NCBI RefSeq assembly: GCF_050235535.1
Contig: NZ_CP189852.1
Span: 5,056,278-5,088,277 of the forward strand
Origin: Aliinostoc sp. HNIBRCY26
GTDB taxonomy: Bacteria; Cyanobacteriota; Cyanobacteriia; Cyanobacteriales; Nostocaceae
Direction of reading: 5' to 3'
Length of the DNA: 32,000 nt
Shown here one piece after another: positions 1 to 9,417 of the stretch (position 1 is its first letter; the number at the start of each line of letters is the position of its first letter). The notes beneath the pieces were generated by a model, which did not search any database, was not told the DNA's origin, and worked only from the letters and a program-made list of their open reading frames with translations. The translations under genes were made by a program, and so were the position numbers.

Positions 1-20
1 CTAGTTAGAAAAATTTACAA

Positions 21-2663
21 CTAACCCAAGGCGGAATTTAAATCACTCTGTGCTTGTTCTAAGGCGGCTGGTAATTTACTTGCGTCGCGTCCGCCGGCTT
101 GGGCGAGGTTTGGTCTTCCACCACCGCCACCACCGCAGATTTTCGCGATCGCACCAACGAACTTACCCGCCTGTAAGCCTTTCTTGTTGACTTCGGGGCT
201 AAAGGCTGCAACTAAGCTGACTTTTCCTGCTTCGGGAACTGAACCCAATACCACTGCACCGTTACCGATTTTTTGTAGTAAGCGTTCGGCGGCGGTTTTC
301 AAGGATTCGGGGTCAACGCCTTCTAATTCGGCGACGATAATTTTATGTTCGCCTAGAGTTGTTGCGGTTTGTAATAAGCTGTCGGATTTAGCGATCGCTA
401 ATTGTCCTTTCAGCGTTTCTAGTTGCTTTTCAGCGTTTCTCAATTCGCTTTGTAAAGTTGTGATTCTGTCCGGTAGTTCTTCGGGTTTGACTTTAAAGCG
501 ATCGCTTAAATCTTTAACTACTTTATCCCGTATATTTAAGTAGTCTAAGATAGCGGGGCCAGATACCCCTTCAATTCGCCGCACGCCAGAAGCCACGCCA
601 GCTTCAGTAATAATCTTAAATACGCCAATCTCCGCAGTATTACTTACGTGTGTACCTCCGCATAATTCCATAGATACACCAGGGAAATCGATAACGCGGA
701 CTTCATCACCGTATTTTTCCCCAAACATGGCGACAGCACCCCTAGCTTTGGCTTCGGCTAAGGGTAATACTTCGATTTTGGCGGAGTGGGCTTCAGAAAT
801 CCAGGTGTTAATCTGTTCTTCTACTTGTTGAACTTCTTCTGGTGTTAAGGCGCGGGGACAGTTGAAGTCAAAGCGCAGTCTGTCGAAGGATACCAAAGAA
901 CCGGCTTGAGATATCCCCTCATCGACGATTTTCTTTAAAGCCGCTTGTAGTAAATGGGTGGCTGTATGGTTGGCTTGGGCGCGACGACGACAAGCCCAAT
1001 CAATTTGGGCGGTGACGGTATCGCCTACGCAGAGTGTTCCACGTTCGATGCGCCCGAAGTGGACAAAGAAATCGGATTCTTTTTTCACATCTTCCACGCG
1101 CACAACTACGCCATCACCGGAAATATAACCGCGATCGCCGATTTGTCCCCCAGATTCGGCATAGAATGGGGTCTGGTTAAGGACAATCTGCACCTCTGTT
1201 CCGGCTTCGGCTGCTTCTTGGGAAACACCACCGACTAATAAAACTTCGACTTTCGCTGTTGCGGCTGGTTGGGTATAACCTAAAAATTCCGTGGCGTGGA
1301 TATGTTCCGCGAGTTTGTCCAGAGAACCTTGTACTGTTAAGTCGATGGTTTCGTGGGCAGCTTTGGCGCGTTCGACTTGCTTTTGCATCTCGACATTAAA
1401 GTCGTCTTCATCAATGGTGAGGTGATTTTCCGCCGCGATTTCTTGGGTAAGTTCGAGAGGGAAGCCGTAGGTGTCGTACAGTCTAAAGGCACTTTCACCA
1501 CTAATTACGGTTTTACCTTGCTTTTTCACCTCGGCGATGATTTCTGCTAGGAGTTTCTCACCCCTATCTAAAGTTTTGAGGAAATTCGCTTCTTCTCTTT
1601 GTAATTCGGCTGTGATTGTGGCTTCTCGTTGGCGCACATTGGGGTATGCTGATTCGGAAAGAGCGATCGCAGTTTCGGCAACTTGGTTAATAAATTCGCC
1701 ACTAATCCCAATTAATCTGCCATGACGCACCACCCGCCGAATTAATCGCCGCAATATGTAACCCCTCCCCACGTTGGAGGCGCGGATTTCATCTGCAATC
1801 ATGTGAACCACGGAACGGACGTGATCCCCGATGACTTTTAAAGAAACTTTGGTGTTCTCGTCGCTGTCGTGGTAATTGATCCCCGCGATTTTGGCGGCTG
1901 TTTCGATAATGGGGAAAATTAAATCTGTTTCATAATTATTCGGTACTTGTTGGAGGATTTGCGCCATTCTCTCCAAACCCATACCGGTGTCGATGTTTTT
2001 ATTTTGCAGAGGTGTTAAGTTACCTTCGGCATCCCGATTGTATTGCATGAACACCAAGTTATAAAACTCGATAAACCGGGTATCATCTTCTAAATCTATA
2101 TTGTCATCGCCCCGTTCTGGGTGAAAATCGTAATATATTTCGGAACAAGGGCCACAGGGGCCAGTCGGGCCAGATACCCAAAAGTTATCATCTGCACCCA
2201 TGCGCTTAATTCTGGCTGCTGGTACACCAATTTGATCCCGCCAGATAGCAAAGGCTTCGTCGTCTTCTTCAAAAACACTAACTACTAAACGTTCCTTGGG
2301 TAAACCAAACACCTCCGTAGAGATTTCCCAACCCCAAGCGATCGCTTGTTCTTTAAAATAGTCACCAAAACTAAAATTACCCAGCATCTCAAAAAATGTA
2401 TGATGCCGTTTAGTGCGTCCGACGTTCTCAATATCATTGGTACGGATGCACTTTTGGGAAGTTGTCGCCCGCTTAAATTCTGGTGTGCGCTGCCCCAAGA
2501 ATATCGGTTTAAATGGTAGCATCCCCGCGATCGTCAGCAGCACAGTAGGATCTTCTGGTACTAGGGAAGCACTGGGTAAAATTTGGTGTTCCCTTTGAGC
2601 ATAGAAGTTAAGGAATTTAGCGCGGATTTCGTTACCGCCGATGGACTGGGGGTTTGAAAACAT
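21..2663 (-). CDS. alaS: Alanine--tRNA ligase (class II AlaRS)
   Basis: Long ORF 21..2720. The translation has AlaRS hallmarks: [33 protein letters not shown], editing-site HTATHLL and CGGTHV, and a C-terminal [14 protein letters not shown]. The ORF-track start at 2720 is a TTG. The ATG at 2661-2663 ([14 protein letters not shown]...) gives a normal-length N-terminus, so I place the start there. Confidence 0.95.
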   Translation of the reverse strand: MFSNPQSIGGNEIRAKFLNFYAQREHQILPSASLVPEDPTVLLTIAGMLPFKPIFLGQRTPEFKRATTSQKCIRTNDIENVGRTKRHHTFFEMLGNFSFGDYFKEQAIAWGWEISTEVFGLPKERLVVSVFEEDDEAFAIWRDQIGVPAARIKRMGADDNFWVSGPTGPCGPCSEIYYDFHPERGDDNIDLEDDTRFIEFYNLVFMQYNRDAEGNLTPLQNKNIDTGMGLERMAQILQQVPNNYETDLIFPIIETAAKIAGINYHDSDENTKVSLKVIGDHVRSVVHMIADEIRASNVGRGYILRRLIRRVVRHGRLIGISGEFINQVAETAIALSESAYPNVRQREATITAELQREEANFLKTLDRGEKLLAEIIAEVKKQGKTVISGESAFRLYDTYGFPLELTQEIAAENHLTIDEDDFNVEMQKQVERAKAAHETIDLTVQGSLDKLAEHIHATEFLGYTQPAATAKVEVLLVGGVSQEAAEAGTEVQIVLNQTPFYAESGGQIGDRGYISGDGVVVRVEDVKKESDFFVHFGRIERGTLCVGDTVTAQIDWACRRRAQANHTATHLLQAALKKIVDEGISQAGSLVSFDRLRFDFNCPRALTPEEVQQVEEQINTWISEAHSAKIEVLPLAEAKARGAVAMFGEKYGDEVRVIDFPGVSMELCGGTHVSNTAEIGVFKIITEAGVASGVRRIEGVSGPAILDYLNIRDKVVKDLSDRFKVKPEELPDRITTLQSELRNAEKQLETLKGQLAIAKSDSLLQTATTLGEHKIIVAELEGVDPESLKTAAERLLQKIGNGAVVLGSVPEAGKVSLVAAFSPEVNKKGLQAGKFVGAIAKICGGGGGGRPNLAQAGGRDASKLPAALEQAQSDLNSALG

Positions 2664-4067
2664 GGGAAGAAATGACAAACTAATTTTATTTAACGAGTAG
2701 GGGTGAGTGGAAGCAGGCAAAAGTTAAGAAAAAAGAATAGTTATTTAATCAGCTTTTTGCCTATGTCATGATTAGGGCTTTATTTACGCCTTGCTGTAAT
2801 AGGAACTAGAGCCTAAAGTCTAGTATGTTTACGGGCTTAACACCCCGCCACCGCTAACAGCACACTAGTCAACATCCCGCTACTGCTCACAGAACTCTAT
2901 ATATTTTTGCATTTTGTTTCCCTTTGCTGCCACCAATTTGCGGTTTTTCAGCAGTTCTATGTCTGTATGATTTCTGGAATCTACCTGATAGCAGATGTAT
3001 AACTAACCCATCATTCGTAGTTGTTAATTCAGTTAAACCTTGACTTACGTAATAATTCTTGATTTTAAAGTAACTAATATGGCTATATCTGAGTACGTAG
3101 TAGAGTAAATACTCAGATGAGTTCAAATTTAGCATTAAAAATATATCCAGTACGTAAGTCTGCAATATCTCGAATGTGACACAAACAATCCATATATATC
3201 AGGATTGCCCACAATTCCGGTAGATTACTAAAAGTAGTTTTGACTTATTCAAAGTGTTAATTCACAGGTTGCTGAAACAGTTAACAGTTGATAAGTAATA
3301 TTTAACAGCATACACAAAAGAATTTACAAAATTTAGATGCGGGACAAGCTATTTGTCTTACAAAAATTTTGATGCCCGATTTTTTTTACAAATTGCAACA
3401 TATCCCTACACAAATACAATTTTACTACATGGTGACTTACTATTTTGATGACTGCATTTACACAGATTAACTAGATTAGTTTTTGACTAGCTTTTCGTAG
3501 AAAAAGTTGTTTTTTATTAAAATTTTATATCTGTATAAAAGTATATAACTTTACAGTAAAATTTATAGCTTTTGTGTGAATTTCATAATGAAACGATGTT
3601 TTTACGCAAAAGCACGTACACATAGCTTGTATATGTGAATGTAAAAAATATGTATTTTTCGTTATTTATACTGATGCCTTAGACTTGAGTATTATTATCA
3701 TAATTATATGTATGTAATATTTGATTTTTTTGAAGTTTAAATCATACATTTATGATTGTTTTAAGCTGTCTTAAATAGTCACATATTTATAAAGAAAATA
3801 TTAATACGATTCCCTAAAAAATGTTCAGTATTTTCACTGTTTAAAAAATAAAAACCTAGATTATTTTTTAATGAACCCCAGTGAATATAATTCGGCTTTT
3901 ATTATGTTCATACACAGGTATTAAGAGGATATTAAGCTTTCAGAATTTTAGTTTTTTTGAGTTAAGAATGTATAGATATATACAGAGAGAATTGGAGAGG
4001 AATAAAGCTATAGATTTGGCAGAAATAAACTCAAAGATTAGCAAGAATAAAGGCGAAAAGCACAGCA

Positions 4068-5105
4068 ATGAAAACCAGCATTCTGGTCTTTGGAAGTCAT
4101 GAATTTCTTGCCACGCTTCCTGATCAGATTCATGATGCCAGCACTTTTAATTTAAAAGTGTCTATTGACTTTAATCAGGCAGTGTTGCACATCCAAGTTG
4201 TGCAGCCAGATGTCATATTTGTGCAGGCAAGTTGTCAGGATAGCATCAGAGTTTGTCGATGGTTGAAAGAACAAAACCAGCTATCCTGGATACATTGTAT
4301 TTTGGTAGAGGATCGTCCCCAGCAGATAATTGATAAAAGCCAAAGCAGTTGTGAGTGGGAGTTTGAAATGATGGCTAATGCACTCAATCAAGGTGCAGAT
4401 GCTTATATTTGGTTATTAACTGAAGAGAATAATAATCGTCTAACAACTGCCACCAAAAGTTTAATTATCAGTCAATTAACAGTTGGTGTACGGAAAGTCA
4501 AAAAGTATCGCGAGTTGATGAATACCAATGATATCCTCTCAGCGATCGCCCTTGCAGATTCACTCACAGATTTAAATAATCGTCGCGCCCTAGAATGGGA
4601 TTTACCCAGACAAATCAATAAAGCCCGTAGTCAAGATACTCCCTTAAGCTTGATTATTTTGGATGTAGACTTTTTCAAAAAAGTGAATGATCAGCATGGG
4701 CATTTAGTAGGCGATCGCCTGTTGCAATTACTGTGTAGTCGTCTACGTCATAATTTACGTAGTCAAGACACAGCTTTTCGCTATGGAGGAGAAGAATTTG
4801 TTGTCCTTTTACCCTACACTAACAGTGATGAAGCTTTAACCGTCGCTGAACGTCTGAACCGGATAGTTAGAGAACAACCCTTTGCAATTAACAGTCAGTT
4901 ACATTTGCAGATCACCATTAGTTTAGGTGTAGCCAGTTTGCAACCCGACGACGACGAAAAAGGGATAAATTTGTTACATCGTGCTGACCAGTGTCTCCTA
5001 GCTGCAAAAGCATCTGGTAGAAACAAAGTCATTACGTGGGGAGAATATTCTCAAACTTCGAGTTTAGAGACGGTTTCTGGAATGAGTAGGGGTATGGGGG
5101 TGTAA
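4068..5105 (+). CDS. Diguanylate cyclase: degenerate receiver-like N-domain + GGDEF domain (GGEEF active site, RxxD I-site)
   Basis: 345-aa ORF. The C-terminal half has DVDFFKKVNDQHGH, RSQD-TAFRY-GGEEF, ISLGVA and ADQCLLAAKASGRNKV, all typical of GGDEF domains. The N-terminal ~120 aa has a receiver-like beta/alpha pattern but lacks the acidic phospho-acceptor pocket. Confidence 0.85.
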   Translation: MKTSILVFGSHEFLATLPDQIHDASTFNLKVSIDFNQAVLHIQVVQPDVIFVQASCQDSIRVCRWLKEQNQLSWIHCILVEDRPQQIIDKSQSSCEWEFEMMANALNQGADAYIWLLTEENNNRLTTATKSLIISQLTVGVRKVKKYRELMNTNDILSAIALADSLTDLNNRRALEWDLPRQINKARSQDTPLSLIILDVDFFKKVNDQHGHLVGDRLLQLLCSRLRHNLRSQDTAFRYGGEEFVVLLPYTNSDEALTVAERLNRIVREQPFAINSQLHLQITISLGVASLQPDDDEKGINLLHRADQCLLAAKASGRNKVITWGEYSQTSSLETVSGMSRGMGV

Positions 5106-5106
5106 G

Positions 5107-5174
5107 GGTATAGGGGTGTAGGGGTATAGGGGAACGAATGAATATTACCTATTCTTCCCCTACACCCTTATACC
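5107..5174 (+). terminator. Heptamer-built imperfect hairpin just after the GGDEF stop codon
   Basis: 5107-5124 GGTATAGGGGTGTAGGGG pairs with 5157-5174 CCCCTACACCCTTATACC (one mismatch, ~32-nt loop). There is no U-tract, so terminator function is a guess. Confidence 0.3.
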
Positions 5175-5189
5175 AATTTTGGATTTTGC

Positions 5190-5276
5190 GGAAAGTTCTG
5201 TAGGCGGGTTTCCCGCCGTAGGAACGCCACTTGCTACAAGCCGGGAAACCCGTCCAACGCAGTGGCTCAACTTTCC
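5190..5276. repeat. 87-bp MITE-like structured element
   Basis: It has 8-bp terminal inverted repeats, GGAAAGTT (5190-5197) and AACTTTCC (5269-5276). Internal complementary blocks are CGGGTTTCCCG (5205-5215) with CGGGAAACCCG (5242-5252), and GCCACTTGC with GCAGTGGC. It lies in an intergenic position between convergent genes. Confidence 0.4.
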
Positions 5277-5336
5277 AAGAAGGATGTTGGATTGAAAGCC
5301 AAGATTCATTGGCTATTCCAGAAGCTCAAAACCATA

Positions 5337-6020
5337 CTACCTATACACCTCATTCACCATAGCTTTTTCGCAGTCTGCAACTGTACCGCGCTGTCTCATC
5401 ACCTGGACTAAAGCTTGGTAACTAGACCAGTTTTTCTCTAAAAGAGTTTTCGCTTGGAGGGCGTGAAATCTTTTCTTTTGTTGATAGTTTGATTCTGAAA
5501 AACCCAAAACTTTTAACACACTAGCTAACTTGCTTTGATCATCAGTACCACCTTCCGCACGTTCATAGACTAAGCTTTCTGCGGCGATCCCCGCCATCCA
5601 AACGGTGCAGTAACGATCTAGCATTTGGGTGGTGATTTTACCTTGCTGTAGTTGCAAAGCTATTTCTTGATCATCAAAAGTTACACCACCTTGGCCTGGT
5701 TGTCCTTGTTTCAGGGCTTCCCATGCACTGAGGGTATAACCTGTGACGGGAATTCCCAACAGGTGGGCGACTAGGAAATGTCCAGCTTCGTGGTGAATAA
5801 TGCGATCGCGATGTTGTGGAGAAAAGCCCGCAATCCAATCTAACAGCAGCGCACCACCCTTTCCCTGCAAACTGAAACTATCAATAGTGGCTATCCCCAA
5901 AATTGTGAAAGTCGTAATTGCCGGAATTGCAGGAGATAAGTTAATTAAAGGCCCCAACAAAGCTGATAGCGTCATCAGAAACACAGATATGGCAACTAGA
6001 TTAAGGGCGGTTTGGCTCAT
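5337..6020 (-). CDS. Membrane protein with FtsH/peptidase-M41-like zinc-protease motif (HEAGH), no AAA module
   Basis: 227-aa ORF with ATG at 6018-6020. Hydrophobic N-terminal helices are followed by IIHHEAGHFLVAHLLG (HExxH) and a WMAGIAAE segment resembling the FtsH protease domain. Confidence 0.7.
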   Translation of the reverse strand: MSQTALNLVAISVFLMTLSALLGPLINLSPAIPAITTFTILGIATIDSFSLQGKGGALLLDWIAGFSPQHRDRIIHHEAGHFLVAHLLGIPVTGYTLSAWEALKQGQPGQGGVTFDDQEIALQLQQGKITTQMLDRYCTVWMAGIAAESLVYERAEGGTDDQSKLASVLKVLGFSESNYQQKKRFHALQAKTLLEKNWSSYQALVQVMRQRGTVADCEKAMVNEVYR

Positions 6021-6023
6021 AAT

Positions 6024-6114
6024 GGGGACTGGGGATTGGGGATCGGGGACTGGGGACTGGGGACTGGGATTGGGAAAGTAGGGGAAGCAGGGGAAGTAAG
6101 GGTGCAGGGGAAGA
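6024..6114. repeat. STRR heptamer array, G-rich on + strand (GGGGACT/GGGGATT/GGGGATC, then GGGGAAG variants)
   Basis: Six contiguous 7-nt units at 6024-6065 are followed by degenerate GGGGAAG-type units. The array starts 3 nt from the ATG of the minus-strand gene. Confidence 0.85.
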
Positions 6115-6239
6115 ATGACTTCGCACTCAGCACTGGAACAGTTACTATATTTTGAGCTTAATCTTTCTTAAATTATATTAATCAATGCGTTGCATATCTC
6201 AATGTTAAAAATGAAAAAGAAGCTTCAAAATCAAATTTA

Positions 6240-6384
6240 GTCCCCGATCCCCAATACTTCGACAAGCTCAGTACAAGTCCCCGATCCCCAATCCCTAATA
6301 CTTCGACAAGCTCAGTACAAGTCCCCAATCCCCAATCCCCAATCCCCAATCCCCAGTCCCCAATCCCCAGTCCCCAATCCCCAA
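6240..6384. repeat. STRR heptamer array, C-rich on + strand (CCCCAAT/CCCCAGT/CCCCGAT), interrupted by two copies of TACTTCGACAAGCTCAGTACAAG
   Basis: Heptamers can be read directly. The 23-nt insert occurs at 6255-6277 and 6299-6321 (44-nt period), and a related copy lies at 20637-20657. The array ends ~10 nt before the ATG at 6394. Confidence 0.85.
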
Positions 6385-6393
6385 AACTGAAAG

Positions 6394-7599
6394 ATGATGA
6401 GATTACAGGCAAAGTCACTAGGTGAGAATCCTCAAGATTGGTTTTGGCCGTTCTGGTTGGCTTTGCCACTTTATCCCTACTACAAACGGCGGACAATTTG
6501 TCGAGAAGTAGTCAAAGATACTATTTGGACATTTGATCAACTGCATGGCATTCTCTACGCCATAGTTCCCATTCGCATGACGGTGATCAAACTAGATGCA
6601 GGTGGTTTGTTGGTTTATGCACCTGTGGCGGCAACGTCAGAGTGTATCAAACTAGTTAAGGATTTGGTCGCTAGGCACGGAGAAGTTAAGTACATTATTT
6701 TACCGACTAGTTCGGGTTTAGAACATAAAGTATTTGTGGGGCCATTTGCGAGATGTTTTCCCCAAGCCCAGGTATTTATTGCCCCTCACCAGTGGAGTTT
6801 CCCCTGGAATATGCCCCTGAGTTGGCTAGGGTTTCCCCAAAAGCGCACACAGATACTACCAGAAGATAGTAGTCAAGCTCCCTTTGGTGATGAGTTGGAC
6901 TATGCAATTTTAGACATTAATTTGGGGGGAGGCGCATTTGTAGAGGTGGCGATGTTGCATAAGCGATCGCGTACTCTCCTAGTCACTGATACAGTATTAT
7001 CCATACCCGAAGATCCACCTGCCATTAGCCAATTAGACCCCTATCCTCTGCTATTTCATGCCAGAGAACACGCACAGCAAACAATAGTAGATAACCCCAC
7101 CAACCGCCGCCAAGGATGGCAACGCATTTGTTTATTTGCCATTTACTTTCGTCCTAGCACGCTGCAAATCACTGGTTTATGGCAGATGTTTCGTGATGCT
7201 ATGCAAGCACCAGATCACTCACATAAGGCTTACTTTGGCTTATTTCCGTTTCGCTGGCAAGAAAACTGGCAGCATTCATTTAACGCCTTGCGAGGTCATG
7301 GTAGACCATTTGTCGCCCCTATTTTACAAAGTCTGATTCTGCCCCAAGACCCAAATCAAGTAATTAACTGGGCAAATCGAGTTGCCAAATGGGATTTTCA
7401 GCAGATTATCGCCTGTCATTTTGATGCACCATTTGCTGCGAGTCCCGATGAATTTCGTCAATCCTTTGCTTTTTTGGAGAACAATTCCTCTAGGATGAAT
7501 CTGCAACCTCTACTAGAAACAGATATGCGATTCATCAAGGAGTTAGAAAGTAATTTAGTACAGCGAGGTATCGCTACACCAGCTAAAAATCGGATTTAG
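6394..7599 (+). CDS. DUF4336-like conserved protein (function unknown)
   Basis: 401-aa ORF with ordinary composition. The N-terminal WPFWLALPLYPYYKRRT and TIWTFDQ...VPIRMTVIKL pattern is what I recall for DUF4336 proteins of cyanobacteria and plants. The family call is from memory only. Confidence 0.65.
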   Translation: MMRLQAKSLGENPQDWFWPFWLALPLYPYYKRRTICREVVKDTIWTFDQLHGILYAIVPIRMTVIKLDAGGLLVYAPVAATSECIKLVKDLVARHGEVKYIILPTSSGLEHKVFVGPFARCFPQAQVFIAPHQWSFPWNMPLSWLGFPQKRTQILPEDSSQAPFGDELDYAILDINLGGGAFVEVAMLHKRSRTLLVTDTVLSIPEDPPAISQLDPYPLLFHAREHAQQTIVDNPTNRRQGWQRICLFAIYFRPSTLQITGLWQMFRDAMQAPDHSHKAYFGLFPFRWQENWQHSFNALRGHGRPFVAPILQSLILPQDPNQVINWANRVAKWDFQQIIACHFDAPFAASPDEFRQSFAFLENNSSRMNLQPLLETDMRFIKELESNLVQRGIATPAKNRI

Positions 7600-7617
7600 T
7601 TACACCAAATATAATGA

Positions 7618-7647
7618 TGTAGAGACGTGGCATACAACATCTCTACA
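7618..7647. terminator. Hairpin between convergent genes (TGTAGAGA-N14-TCTCTACA)
   Basis: 8-bp perfect arms at 7618-7625 and 7640-7647, with further partial pairing inside. It lies 19 nt after the DUF4336-like stop and ~77 nt after the stop of the minus-strand 132-aa gene. Confidence 0.45.
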
Positions 7648-7723
7648 GTGCATAATAAAGCGCATCTTCATCAAGAAACGGTATTACGTAAATCCTAATA
7701 AAAACATATATTTTCTAGCGTTG

Positions 7724-8122
7724 CTATGGTAACTTATAGCTAGCAATGCGTATATTCAACTCGCCGCTTTGTGGATTGTGGTTAAATACAAACGCGCCTT
7801 CTTCCCTTTCTCCTCCAGATAAAAAATCAATTTGTTGTTCTCCTGTTTCTTCTACCTGGCTGCTAACTTTTAACGTGGCGATAATTTGTACTGATTCAGC
7901 CGTTTCTCCGCCAGAGTTGACAACTTCAAAGGGAACATAAAATTGACCGTTTACTCTTCTAATAGTCTGCTTCTTATTGACGGAAATAATAGGTGGTTGA
8001 TCTTTTTCATTAATCCAGATATATCCTACTAGACTAACAATAATTGCCAGAATAAATAAGGCGATACTTAAAGTTATCCATTCGGCTGGAGTGCGTTCTG
8101 CTTCTGATTCTGATTGATTCAT
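7724..8122 (-). CDS. Small single-pass membrane protein (recalled as TIGR02588 family)
   Basis: 132-aa ORF with one N-terminal TM helix (WITLSIALFILAIIVSLVGYIWI). Its start overlaps the stop of the upstream gene (ATGA at 8119-8122). Confidence 0.7.
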   Translation of the reverse strand: MNQSESEAERTPAEWITLSIALFILAIIVSLVGYIWINEKDQPPIISVNKKQTIRRVNGQFYVPFEVVNSGGETAESVQIIATLKVSSQVEETGEQQIDFLSGGEREEGAFVFNHNPQSGELNIRIASYKLP

Positions 8123-8985
8123 ATGGCTAACCTACCTGCTGCACCGCCAATAGTTGCAGGTAATCCTAAAATTAAAGTATTTTCTAACCACATACTCCAA
8201 GGATTGGAGAAGCTTAATTTATGAAAAAACCACAACATAAAAGCACTGGCTATTAACGAAACTAAATAGGAAATAACTGTTTCACTTAATGGTCTTTGAA
8301 AAATACCTTTTTGCTGTTTCCGCTTTTGCTGATCAGAAAAACCCGCTTGGAAAACAATTGCATAAGAAATCACCAAAGATGCTGCAATAATTGCCAAAAG
8401 CCACGGTGCTGAAACCGCAGCTACAATCATGGTAACTTCATCTGTAGGAGCAATATTAAATGCAATTACGGTTGCGCCAATCAGAGTTGCACCTAAGTCT
8501 GCAAAAGTAGCGTCCAAATTATTCGGTTTCTGGTGATTTTTGTGGCTGGATTGTTGATTATTATTACTTTCGCCTAAAAATTGGTTAGCTAATGCTACAC
8601 CGAAAGTAAAAGGAACACTTTCAAAAATGATTTTGCCAATCGCTTCTCTTAGGGAGGTTGCAATTGTGATTTCTCGTAATAATATCAACATCAAAGTAGA
8701 ACAAATGATGCCAATAGCTATTGCTTCTATTGTATCTGTGATGGCTTCATAAGGTCGTTTACGACGTTGAATTTTACGAAATCCTTCTGTTTTATTGAGT
8801 AGAAACACGACAACAAACATTAAAGCGATCGCACTCATCATCAGTTGTGCTTTGACAAGCGATCCTACCCACCAAACTTCCATAGTATATAACAAGGGGA
8901 TGCCAAATAAAAAGCCACCACAAGCACCCCGAACAATATCATTTAGCTCACTTTTAAAGATATTCTGCTGACGATTGACTGCCAA
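8119..8985 (-). CDS. Polytopic integral membrane protein (recalled as TIGR02587 family)
   Basis: 288-aa ORF with about six hydrophobic segments. It has a TTG start at 8983-8985 (no in-frame ATG before codon 35) with AAGGA ~11 nt upstream. It overlaps the next gene by 4 nt. Confidence 0.7.
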   Translation of the reverse strand: MAVNRQQNIFKSELNDIVRGACGGFLFGIPLLYTMEVWWVGSLVKAQLMMSAIALMFVVVFLLNKTEGFRKIQRRKRPYEAITDTIEAIAIGIICSTLMLILLREITIATSLREAIGKIIFESVPFTFGVALANQFLGESNNNQQSSHKNHQKPNNLDATFADLGATLIGATVIAFNIAPTDEVTMIVAAVSAPWLLAIIAASLVISYAIVFQAGFSDQQKRKQQKGIFQRPLSETVISYLVSLIASAFMLWFFHKLSFSNPWSMWLENTLILGLPATIGGAAGRLAI

Positions 8986-9310
8986 TCTTACTATTTCCTT
9001 TGCCTAATCCATGATGATTAAGCTCCGATATTTTTATTTTTTATTCATCTCTCTGGGGTAATTAAATTATGAGATAGATAATCTATCTAGAGACAGTTAT
9101 CAATTAACTCGTTAAGTATATAACTAAAATAACCAATAATAAAAAAGTAAAATTGCTGACACATCACCGTCATAATAATGCGATATGCAGGTAATTAAAA
9201 ATCGAAAATTTCTCAAAAAATTAGCTATTTTCTGTCTTTAGTCAGACTAAAAACCACTGGTTTTTATTTATTCTACGTAAATAACGGCACGATTAAATAC
9301 ACATATAAAA

Positions 9311-9334
9311 CACAGATAAATTGTTTTATCTGTG
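9311..9334 (+). other. Perfect 10-bp-stem hairpin followed by a T-rich tract in the susA upstream region
   Basis: CACAGATAAA-ttgt-TTTATCTGTG is followed by TTTCTTTAAGTTTTTA, ~85 nt upstream of the susA ATG. Confidence 0.3.
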
Positions 9335-9417
9335 TTTCTTTAAGTTTTTACGTGTCTAAAATCTAGGTTGGCAGCTTACGCTACCCTAGAAGGCAAAATC
9401 ATCATTTAGAGGTTACT

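Noticed and set aside
184-2598. Multiple 60-119-aa ORFs inside or antisense to alaS (similar ones occur inside susA, recQ, groEL, ho1 and the ROCO genes)
   Set aside because: All are nested in or antisense to long genes with clear homology, and they have no independent signals.
2664-2720. N-terminal extension of alaS from a TTG start (and the 13-codon extension of groEL, 31632..31670)
   Set aside because: The internal ATGs give canonical N-termini (MFSNPQS...IRAKFL; MAKIISFDE...). The groEL extension would run through the CIRCE operator.
2887-3165. 92-aa ORF in the AT-rich region (also 3881..4102, 73 aa)
   Set aside because: Composition is low-complexity and AT-driven, with no motif and no credible RBS. 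The 73-aa ORF has a GTG start and overlaps the GGDEF start. They are kept only as a caveat in the finding on the long intergenic region.
5800-6496. ORFs 5800..6081 (+) and 6182..6496 (-)
   Set aside because: Both read through STRR heptamer arrays (GDWGLG... repeats) and overlap or oppose better-supported genes.
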